Of a stretch of DNA of 12,405 nucleotides, positions 1 through 8,104 are shown piece after piece. This stretch comes from Armatimonadota bacterium (GTDB lineage: Bacteria > Armatimonadota > UBA5829 > DSUL01). The position numbers were made by a program, and so were the translations under genes. The stretch lies in the NCBI GenBank assembly GCA_039811685.1, contig JBDHZC010000014.1, positions 1-12,405 of the forward strand, written 5' to 3'. How positions within the stretch are numbered: position 1 is the stretch's first letter; each line of letters starts with the position of its first letter. The notes beneath the pieces were generated by a model that searched no databases, had not been told where the DNA came from, and was given only the letters and a program-made list of their open reading frames with translations.

Positions 1-973
<973 letters not shown>

Positions 974-1071
974 ATTATTCTGAAGGAATGTTTTCTGCGG
1001 CGGTGGCCTTGAGTTGCCGCAGAGCCCACGCTATGCAGTTTTCAAAGCTTGCGCCGCTCGCGCGAGCAGTT

Positions 1072-1189
<118 letters not shown>

Positions 1190-1199
1190 TTATAGTTCA

Positions 1200-1237
1200 A
1201 GAGGCCCCCGGTAAATGCACCGGGGGCCTCTCTTTTT
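1200..1237 (+). terminator. Rho-independent terminator of the rRNA operon
   Basis: Perfect 13-bp stem AGAGGCCCCCGGT/ACCGGGGGCCTCT, 6-nt loop, then CTTTTT. Confidence 0.9.
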
Positions 1238-1262
1238 GTGTCCGCCGGTCAAGGGAGACTGA

Positions 1263-1277
1263 TGGCACGTGCTTTGC
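1263..1277 (+). promoter_or_regulatory. Candidate sigma-54 (-24/-12) promoter
   Basis: TGGCACGTGCTTTGC matches TGGCACG-N4-TTGC with exact GG-N10-GC spacing, 240 nt upstream of a PEP-CTERM gene. Confidence 0.4.
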
Positions 1278-1432
1278 GGCTTGTGGTAATCAGTCTGGCA
1301 AGAACGAGAGCTTGCCGAGGGCACAAGTCCTGGCTTGTGGGAATGAGGTGGGCCGGCCTTCGCGTAGGGCGGTGAGAGCGTGAAGATCGGGTCAGTAATA
1401 ATACCTAATTTGCATTTTTCTTCCTTCGGGGC

Positions 1433-1461
1433 TTGACGGGCGGCGCAATAAGTGCAAGAAT
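1433..1461 (+). promoter_or_regulatory. Candidate sigma-70 promoter of PEP-CTERM gene 1
   Basis: TTGACG-N17-AAGAAT with a TGn extension and an AT-rich tract upstream; same geometry as the promoter at 2446-2474. Confidence 0.55.
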
Positions 1462-1470
1462 AGCTTAGAA

Positions 1471-1494
1471 GAGGACAGAACGAACAAGATCCTC
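1471..1494. promoter_or_regulatory. Conserved inverted-repeat element GAGGA-N14-TCCTC, copy 1
   Basis: GAGGAC-N9-AAGATCCTC(GA); the same element recurs at 2484-2507 at the same distance from the -35/-10. Confidence 0.55.
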
Positions 1495-1517
1495 GAGCTT
1501 CAGAAGGAGAAGATACG

Positions 1518-2261
1518 ATGAAGATGTCTACCCGTCTCACGACGGCGTTGGTTCTATGTTCTGCTATTGGCTACACAATGCTTAGCGGAACGTTAGCTCA
1601 TGCCTCCTCGACTGCCCCTGGTTACATCGAAGGGAATTTTGCCCTGCAGGTCAACAACCTTCCAGCTGTGCAGCTTACCGGCGACTGGGCGCAGTACGGA
1701 AATCGCTGGAACTGGAAGCTGAGCGACAAGATGTCCGTCTACAACCCCGACCAGAGCCTGCTTTTTGAGGTGGACCATCTAGAAGCGTGGCTGGATTCGG
1801 ATCCGCAGATCTTGCTGAGCTTTGCAGTCACGGCCGGTAACACCGACACCACCTTTACCTTCACTTCGGCGACTGTTAACTTTGCCGCCCTCACCAATCC
1901 TGCTGCCACAGCTACGGCTGCGATCACTCTGACGGACAGCAATGGTAACGGTGGGACGTTCACCGGCGGTTATGCTGGCAACACGCTTGCCTACACTGCA
2001 GATACTGATCTGGGCAACTATGCGACTCTGGTGCCGAATGGTTCTGTTGGATCGTTCCTGTCTGGGACGTCTTCCGGCAACCTGATTGCCCCGATTAGCG
2101 GAACAGTCACGCAGATGACTTCGGAGTTCAAGTTTACTGTGACCCGATTTGACACGGCGTCGGGCACCAGCAACTTTACTATCGTTCCTGAACCGGCAGG
2201 ACTGTTGGCGATGGCGAGCGGTCTGCTGGGGATGGCTGGTCTACTGCGCAAGAGAGCGTAA
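1518..2261 (+). CDS. PEP-CTERM sorting domain surface protein 1 (247 aa)
   Basis: SD AAGGAG before the ATG; signal peptide ending AHA; Thr/Ser/Ala/Gly-rich body; C-terminus VPEP + hydrophobic helix + RKRA. Confidence 0.95.
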   Translation: MKMSTRLTTALVLCSAIGYTMLSGTLAHASSTAPGYIEGNFALQVNNLPAVQLTGDWAQYGNRWNWKLSDKMSVYNPDQSLLFEVDHLEAWLDSDPQILLSFAVTAGNTDTTFTFTSATVNFAALTNPAATATAAITLTDSNGNGGTFTGGYAGNTLAYTADTDLGNYATLVPNGSVGSFLSGTSSGNLIAPISGTVTQMTSEFKFTVTRFDTASGTSNFTIVPEPAGLLAMASGLLGMAGLLRKRA

Positions 2262-2445
2262 GCCAGTTCTGATTTCGTAACTCCTCGCGAGGAGCAGCGA
2301 TCTTGTTCGATCGGGGTGCCCGGAGTAAAGCCAGGCACCCACTTCGACCATATGCTAGAGCTCCCAGTTGAGTGATGGCTAGCCAAATAGTCGCTAGCTG
2401 ACAAGTGGTGGATATATTAGATTCCTGATTCCTGGGGAAAACCAC

Positions 2446-2474
2446 TTGACAACAGAGGACGAGGGAGGGACAAT
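2446..2474 (+). promoter_or_regulatory. Candidate sigma-70 promoter of PEP-CTERM gene 2
   Basis: Perfect TTGACA, 17-nt spacer, GACAAT. Confidence 0.65.
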
Positions 2475-2483
2475 GTGTCCGGA

Positions 2484-2507
2484 GAGGACCCCGCCCGAAA
2501 GATCCTC
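2484..2507. promoter_or_regulatory. Conserved inverted-repeat element GAGGA-N14-TCCTC, copy 2
   Basis: GAGGAC-CCCGCCCGA-AAGATCCTC(GA); same arms and spacing as 1471-1494. Confidence 0.55.
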
Positions 2508-2528
2508 GAAAAAGCTAAGGAGAACAAG

Positions 2529-3302
2529 ATGACCAACCGAATCGGAAGTATCGTCTCTGGTCTGCTAGCACCTGTTTTGTGTGCGGCTACCTTCGGAGTT
2601 TCTTCGGCCACGTATGCGGGCAACGCGAGTATTTCGTCAAGTTTGCTCACAATCCAGGCCACGGCTAATAGCCAGTCCGGGATTGTCAGTATCCCGATGT
2701 CCGGGTCTCCCGATGCAAACGGTGAGTACTTTTGGAACAGCACTTCTCCCATTCAAGTCACTGCTGTCAACAATCCTGGTGTGGTGCTGGGCACAATCAC
2801 AAGCCTTAGCACATACATAAATACTGACCCCATCGTTACTATAGCTTTCAGCGTGATATCTGGCTCTGCTGCCACCTCCTGGAGCATCTCTTCTGCCACA
2901 TTGAGTTTCCCGGCGTTGAGCAACCCCGGGGCACTGGCCAGCGGAGCTATCACTATTACTGAGTCTGACGGCAATACTGCGACTATTAAGGGTGGCTATG
3001 CAGGAGGTACGAAGACATTCCAGCCTGCCACTAACGTCGGAATCTTTGCCAATCTCGTGTCTAATACGAGCGCTGGCGCAAACCTGTCTTCGACGGTCAG
3101 CGAAGCTTATCCCGGTGTTGGCTATACACCCATCTTGGGATCAGTGACCGCGATGCAAACTACAGCGGCGTTCGAACTGTCCGCTAATGACCAGGCGAGT
3201 GGAACAGGCGTGTTCGCTATTGTTCCTGAGCCGTCGGCGATACTGGCGCTGGCTACGGGTCTGACAGGTCTGGCCGGGTTGGTTGTCCGGCGCAGGAAGT
3301 AG
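2529..3302 (+). CDS. PEP-CTERM sorting domain surface protein 2 (257 aa), paralog of protein 1
   Basis: Start moved from 2475 to ATG 2529 (SD TAAGGAG, followed by a signal peptide); C-terminus VPEPSAILALATGLTGLAGLVVRRRK; aligns with protein 1 over DP..SAT..F.AL.NP.A..ITxTxSxGN..GGYAG..DxASGT..F.IVPEP. Confidence 0.95.
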   Translation: MTNRIGSIVSGLLAPVLCAATFGVSSATYAGNASISSSLLTIQATANSQSGIVSIPMSGSPDANGEYFWNSTSPIQVTAVNNPGVVLGTITSLSTYINTDPIVTIAFSVISGSAATSWSISSATLSFPALSNPGALASGAITITESDGNTATIKGGYAGGTKTFQPATNVGIFANLVSNTSAGANLSSTVSEAYPGVGYTPILGSVTAMQTTAAFELSANDQASGTGVFAIVPEPSAILALATGLTGLAGLVVRRRK

Positions 3303-3372
3303 CTGAGTCTCTTTTAGTTAGCAGTCTTGTTCGCCTAGCGGAAGCTAGAATCAATTGAGGTGCTGATGTGTG

Positions 3373-3405
3373 AAGGAGCCGTGGCATGTGCGCGGCTCCT
3401 TTTCT
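3373..3405 (+). terminator. Intrinsic terminator-like hairpin after PEP-CTERM gene 2
   Basis: AAGGAGCCGTG/CGCGGCTCCTT stem (11 bp, one G-U), 7-nt loop, T-rich tail. Confidence 0.7.
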
Positions 3406-3412
3406 ATATATT

Positions 3413-4123
3413 ATGAGTGATTCGCAGAGATACAGACGCATCTTGATTGGACTGCTTGAACAACTTGAGAAGACTCAAGCTGAGTCCATAGGTTCTGCTG
3501 CTAAGGCTGTTGCTGATTGCCTCCAGGGGGATGGGTTGGTTTACCTCCTTGGGAGTGGCCACTCGCTGTTGTCTGCCTATGAGGTGCACAACAGGGCTGG
3601 CGGGTTGGCGCCAGTAGAGGTGATTCTCGATCCGGGTTTTGGCCGGGCGGAGCGTGTCAGTGGCTATGCCCGGACCCTTATGGACCACGCGGATCCTGAA
3701 CCCGGGTCGGTGCTCTTTGTCATTTCCAACTCAGGCAGAAATCCGCTTCCAGTCGAGATGGCGATGCTCGGCAAAGAGCGGGGAATGAAGACAATCGCCA
3801 TTACCTCACTCGCTCACTCGCATGCGGTCACGAGCCGCCACCCTTCAGGGAAAAGGCTTTTTGAGCTGGCCGATATCGTAATTGACAACTGCGGTGAAGC
3901 GGGTGATGCCTGTCTGGAAGTTCCAGGAGTGGATGGACGGATGGGGGCAACGTCGTCCGTGACCGCAATCGCTATTGTGAACTCGATAATGATTGATGCG
4001 GCGGCTGAGTTGGCCCGCAGAGGGTTCAGCCCTCCTGTGTTGATCAGCGCCAATCTTGATGGCGCGGATGACCACAACAGAGCGCTATACGAGCGCTATC
4101 GTGGGCGCATTCGCTGGCTCTAG
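3413..4123 (+). CDS. SIS-domain (sugar isomerase / phosphosugar-binding) protein, GmhA-related
   Basis: Motifs LLGSGHS, RAGGL, ISNSGRN, IAITS, LFELADIVIDN, GATSS, SAN..G.D..N. Start is ATG 3413, with an alternative in-frame ATG at 3386. Confidence 0.9.
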   Translation: MSDSQRYRRILIGLLEQLEKTQAESIGSAAKAVADCLQGDGLVYLLGSGHSLLSAYEVHNRAGGLAPVEVILDPGFGRAERVSGYARTLMDHADPEPGSVLFVISNSGRNPLPVEMAMLGKERGMKTIAITSLAHSHAVTSRHPSGKRLFELADIVIDNCGEAGDACLEVPGVDGRMGATSSVTAIAIVNSIMIDAAAELARRGFSPPVLISANLDGADDHNRALYERYRGRIRWL

Positions 4124-4226
4124 GTTCGGGACGGGTAGAGGGCCATATCCCGCTGACGAGCGAAGATTTTGTGCAGATGCCCTCTGGGCGGAAGCGCATT
4201 GTCTGCGACTCTGCCTCGGTTGTCGC

Positions 4227-5255
4227 CTACTTGCCTCCTGAAGTATGCCCGAATGGACGGCCAGGGACAGGAGATGGCCATTGCGGAAGAAGCTGCTTCA
4301 GTTGCACCTTGCTGGTGATATCGCGGGCGATCCAGGAAATGATGTCGCCATTCTGCCAGCTTGTTTTCGTGAATACGACGAGCACAAATGCGTCTCCCAT
4401 AGGCGGAATCACATAAGCTGCGTCGTGGTTGGTATTGTCGGTCCAACCAGCCTTTGACCAGAGCTGTGATTCCGGTGGAATTCCACTGCCAATGCGCCGG
4501 GCCTGAATGTCTTTCTGGTTACCGGGTCTGCGTTGCATAAAGGACAGGATTTCGTCACAGGCGGGCCGGCTGACTAGGTCCCCATGCTTGATGAGCCAGA
4601 CAAGCTTCGCCGTGTCAGCCGCAGTCATCGTGTTGCGGTTTTCATAGTGCTCGCCCAGGAACTGCGTGTCTCGCCCGTAGGGCTCCACATCCCAGGTCTT
4701 CTGGCAGGCGTTGATATTCTTCAGGCCGAGTTGCTGCAAGTAATGGTTCACCACCTGGCGCTTCTCGGCAAAGACTTTGAGCTCATCCGGGGGAAGCTGC
4801 GGCCCGGACTGGGTCCCGCTCAGACGGTCCAGAATTCGGTTGGTCGCAGCGTTAGAGCTGACTCTCAGCATGGACGCCAGATCCTGCATAGTTGCCGGGT
4901 CACGGGTCAGCCGGCCGGTTGCGAAGTCGTGCTCCAGCGCTGCCGCGTACGCCAGCTTTACGACGCTCGCCGGATAGAACGAGGTGTCCATATTGTAGCC
5001 GCCAAGGACAGGATGCTCCGTGTCGAGTATCAGAGCTATTGCGAAATTGTCAGGCTTCAGCTTGTCTGGGAACTGTCTAAGCGCTGCTCTGGCGACGGTG
5101 TGCATGCTCAGGCTGATTTGCGGGTCTGTTGTGATACGACGCAGTGCTGCGTGCGTTTGAGCTTCAGACACGCGCTCTGACGACGCCCGAGCGCAGGCGC
5201 TTGTGAAAAGAGCGGCAATCACAAGCGAAACGGCAACAAGATTTGGAAGTCTCAT
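4227..5255 (-). CDS. Secreted serine hydrolase of the class A beta-lactamase-like (Beta-lactamase2 / PBP-A-like) family, 342 aa
   Basis: SxxK (PASVVK), SxN (SSNAATN), K[T/A]G (WSKAGW), HDAAY. The signal peptide begins at ATG 5255 (MRLPNLVAVSLVIAALFTSACARA), so the ORF-track start at 5375 is likely too long. Confidence 0.9.
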   Translation of the reverse strand: MRLPNLVAVSLVIAALFTSACARASSERVSEAQTHAALRRITTDPQISLSMHTVARAALRQFPDKLKPDNFAIALILDTEHPVLGGYNMDTSFYPASVVKLAYAAALEHDFATGRLTRDPATMQDLASMLRVSSNAATNRILDRLSGTQSGPQLPPDELKVFAEKRQVVNHYLQQLGLKNINACQKTWDVEPYGRDTQFLGEHYENRNTMTAADTAKLVWLIKHGDLVSRPACDEILSFMQRRPGNQKDIQARRIGSGIPPESQLWSKAGWTDNTNHDAAYVIPPMGDAFVLVVFTKTSWQNGDIISWIARDITSKVQLKQLLPQWPSPVPGRPFGHTSGGK

Positions 5256-5265
5256 ATTATTGCAG

Positions 5266-5293
5266 AGTATAGCGAGAAATCTCACGTCAGCAA
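5266..5293 (-). promoter_or_regulatory. Candidate sigma-70 promoter giving a near-leaderless transcript of the serine hydrolase
   Basis: Minus strand TTGCTG-N16-TATACT; the -10 ends only 10 nt before the ATG; no SD. Confidence 0.45.
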
Positions 5294-5311
5294 ACACGGC
5301 AGCTACCTGGC

Positions 5312-5340
5312 TTGCGGACATTCCAGGAACGCGATACCAT
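5312..5340 (+). promoter_or_regulatory. Candidate sigma-70 promoter of the TPR gene
   Basis: TTGCGG-N17-TACCAT, back-to-back with the minus-strand promoter. Confidence 0.35.
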
Positions 5341-5461
5341 GCCGCGGTCGCCGGATACTGTAGGGGCATGAACAACTCTCCTCACGCTCTTTCAGTCTCA
5401 GAATAGTCGTACGCTGGCGTTGCGGGAAGACTCAGTTATCAGAGGGAACATTTATCGCACT

Positions 5462-6637
5462 ATGATGAAGATCAGGATGCTTCTTACCGTGGGTGCTGTC
5501 TGTAGCATGGCCTCCTCAGCAATTGCTGCTCCTCCAGTCGTAAGGCAACTCGGGCCGCTCAAACTAGGCGCCGCCGGAGATTCGGCCGTTACCGCTCTTG
5601 GTAAACCTGCCGATATCTCAACCGACTTTGATGTCCCACCGGAGCAGGCGCCTTCCGGCGCCCTGCGATATACGCTGTGCGACGAAACTGATCTTCTGCT
5701 GATGGTCGGGAAGATCGCTCCTGAAGAGGCGCGTATTGTCCAGATTGCTCTTCAGGGAAAGCCCTGCGCCAGAACTTCACCTTATACGGTTGACGGGATT
5801 GGCCTTGGTTCCACAGAGGCCCAGTTGATTGCGAAGTTTGGAAAACCCGATCGAGCGATAGAGCGCGAGGGACTGAATGCAAAGACGGTCGCCTATGACG
5901 ACTCCAATCTGGCTTTCACGATTGAGGGAGGAATCGTAACCGGTCTGAGCGCTGTGTATCGCAACCAGATGATGGCCCAGGATCTGATTGATGAAAAGAA
6001 GCTTACTCCTGAGGAAGCCTGGTCGCAGCTCGGAGATATGCGCGTGCGTGGACGGCAGACTGAGTTGGCCAGGGAAGCCTTCGAAAACGTGATTAAGGCC
6101 AACCCAAAATCCGTTACAGGTCAGCTTCGGCTGGGTGCGGTCTACTATGCAATGGACAGTCTGGATAAGGCACAGGTCTGCTTCAAAGCTGTGACAGCAA
6201 TCGACCCGAATAACGCTGTCGCCGTTTACAATCTGGGACGCGTAGCGATGCGGCAGAAGAAGCTGGATGAGGCTCGCAAGCTGCTTACGAAAGCGTCCAA
6301 TTTGGACCCAAATAACGCCGCGGCCTTCAACGAACTGGGATTGTTGGAAGAATCTCAGGACAGGCTGGAAGCCGCCGAGAAAAACTTTCAGCAGGCGGCA
6401 AAACTCGCGCCAAATGCTTCTCAGCCTCATCAGAATTTGGGGCGATTGCTGGTGCGAAAAGGGGATAAATTGGCGGCTATCGAGGAGTATAGCAAGGCCT
6501 ATGTCCTGGAAGTCCAGAGTCCCAGCCGTAACGAGCAGATCGTACAGGCACTGCAAACAGCGCTCCAGAAGCTTAGAGACGAGACTAAGACATCCGCCAA
6601 TGATCTCAAGCCTCTTCCCGCGAATCCTCCCAGGTAG
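5462..6637 (+). CDS. Secreted protein with two N-terminal alpha/beta repeats and a C-terminal TPR array
   Basis: Signal peptide MMKIRMLLTVGAVCSMASSAIA; about five 34-aa TPRs (e.g. AVAVYNLGRVAMRQKKLDEARKLLTKASNLDPNN, AAAFNELGLLEESQDRLEAAEKNFQQAAKLAPNA). Start is 5462 or 5465. Confidence 0.9.
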   Translation: MMKIRMLLTVGAVCSMASSAIAAPPVVRQLGPLKLGAAGDSAVTALGKPADISTDFDVPPEQAPSGALRYTLCDETDLLLMVGKIAPEEARIVQIALQGKPCARTSPYTVDGIGLGSTEAQLIAKFGKPDRAIEREGLNAKTVAYDDSNLAFTIEGGIVTGLSAVYRNQMMAQDLIDEKKLTPEEAWSQLGDMRVRGRQTELAREAFENVIKANPKSVTGQLRLGAVYYAMDSLDKAQVCFKAVTAIDPNNAVAVYNLGRVAMRQKKLDEARKLLTKASNLDPNNAAAFNELGLLEESQDRLEAAEKNFQQAAKLAPNASQPHQNLGRLLVRKGDKLAAIEEYSKAYVLEVQSPSRNEQIVQALQTALQKLRDETKTSANDLKPLPANPPR

Positions 6638-6649
6638 TTATCTGAACAT

Positions 6650-8104
6650 CTAACCTTGACTGGTCAGTCGTAGGACGGCTTCCGCTTTGACGTCTGCCAC
6701 GCGCGTGCTCAGACCTACCCAGTAACGCTCCGGGTTGCGCAGTCTGCGAAGCTCCGGACGCAGGGTTGCCAGCTCTTTCTGGGCAAACTCACGGATTTCT
6801 ACCAGTGGGCGCGGAGACTGCGTTCGCTGCCCCTTGGACACGACTTTCTGCAAGAGAGGCTGGTGTCGCTGACTTCCGTAAAAGGGCCGCACACGCGCGT
6901 ACTCAATTCGATCGTGCGATATGAGCGCGCCGCCTACGGGCAATTCCTCGTCCTCAGCCAACATGACGTCTCCGGTCGCGAAGCCCTCGGTATCGAAGAA
7001 ACGCACCGGCTGCTTGACTCCGGGATCTGTCGTCTTTTCCGGATTGGAAGACACCTTCATCCGCGAGATCATCTCACCTCCGTCCTCAATCGCCACGAGC
7101 TTGTAAACCCCCCCGAGTGCCGGCTCGGCATTGCCAGTTATCAGCTCTGTTCCGACTCCCCACGCGTTGATCCTTGCGCCCTGACGCTTGAGATCAGCTA
7201 TGAGATCTTCATTCAGCTCGTTGGAAGCGACGATGAGTATCTCTTCAAATCCCGCATGCCGAAAAGCACTGTCAACCACTTTTGACAGATAAGCCAGGTC
7301 ACCGGAGTCCAATCTCACGGCCGGTCTCCCGCTCCAGCCTCGTTCGCGGCGCTTCTTGAACACTTCAACTGCGTTTGGAATACCGCTGGCGATGGTGTCG
7401 TAGGTGTCCAGCAGAAGCGTAGGATTATCGGGGAAGATGTCCAGATAGGCCTCAAAGGCAGAGCGCTCGTCTGGGTAGGACATGATCCAGGAGTGCGCCA
7501 TTGTACCGCTCACTGGAATTCCGAAGGTTTTCGCCGCCAGTACATTTGACGTAGAGGAGCAACCGCCGATGAAAGCAGCGCGCGAGCCGCTCAGCCCTCC
7601 GTCTGGTCCCTGTGCCCGGCGCAGTCCGAACTCCATAACAGGCTCGCCTTCTGCCGCGTAGCAGACTCTTGCTGCTTTGGTTGCAATCAGGGTCTGGTAG
7701 TTCAGGCGGTTGAGCAGCAGCGTTTCCACAATCTGCGCTTCGCCTATCGAGGCGTCAACGCGCGCGAGAGGCTCATTCGGAAAAACCGGCGTACCCTCAG
7801 GCACCGCCCAGACATCTCCCCGGAACCTGAAATCTCTCAGCGCTTCCAAGAAATCTTCGTCAAAAGTGCCGAGCGAGCGCAACCAGCCGATAGACTCCTC
7901 GTCAAAGCGCATGCTGACCAGGTCCACCAGAAAGTCTTCCAGTCCTGCGCTGATGCAAAATCCAGTGTGACTCGGAAGCTGCCGAAAGAAGTACTCAAAA
8001 ATCGCTCGCTGCCCAGATCGCGCTTCCTTTATGTAGCCGGCAAGCATTGTCAACTCATAAAAATCAGTCAACAGCGCTGCATTTGTCCCTCGAATAGAAT
8101 CCAT
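6650..8104 (-). CDS. pncB: Nicotinate phosphoribosyltransferase (484 aa)
   Basis: LLTDFYELTM, EFGLRRAQG, TSNV, GTMAHSW (phospho-His), LLDTYD, VRLDSGDL, GVGTEL, GGVYKL. Start at ATG 8104 with SD GAAGGTGAGG; the 48-codon extension to 8248 in the ORF track is unlikely. Confidence 0.97.
   Translation of the reverse strand: MDSIRGTNAALLTDFYELTMLAGYIKEARSGQRAIFEYFFRQLPSHTGFCISAGLEDFLVDLVSMRFDEESIGWLRSLGTFDEDFLEALRDFRFRGDVWAVPEGTPVFPNEPLARVDASIGEAQIVETLLLNRLNYQTLIATKAARVCYAAEGEPVMEFGLRRAQGPDGGLSGSRAAFIGGCSSTSNVLAAKTFGIPVSGTMAHSWIMSYPDERSAFEAYLDIFPDNPTLLLDTYDTIASGIPNAVEVFKKRRERGWSGRPAVRLDSGDLAYLSKVVDSAFRHAGFEEILIVASNELNEDLIADLKRQGARINAWGVGTELITGNAEPALGGVYKLVAIEDGGEMISRMKVSSNPEKTTDPGVKQPVRFFDTEGFATGDVMLAEDEELPVGGALISHDRIEYARVRPFYGSQRHQPLLQKVVSKGQRTQSPRPLVEIREFAQKELATLRPELRRLRNPERYWVGLSTRVADVKAEAVLRLTSQG

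Noticed and set aside
974..1071. Hairpin TCTGCGGC/GCCGCAGA and palindrome GCTCGCGCGAGC in the 23S-5S spacer as a tRNA or ncRNA
   Set aside because: No cloverleaf or T-loop motif; consistent with ordinary spacer processing structure.
2420..2434. Short tandem repeat GATTCCT x2
   Set aside because: Two copies of a 7-mer is within chance expectation; it is not a CRISPR array or VNTR.
5777..6556. 259-aa minus-strand ORF, and similar shadow ORFs at 4584-5180, 7967-8548, 9295-9834 and 10003-10572
   Set aside because: They are antisense to, or overlap, well-supported genes and have no recognisable motifs.
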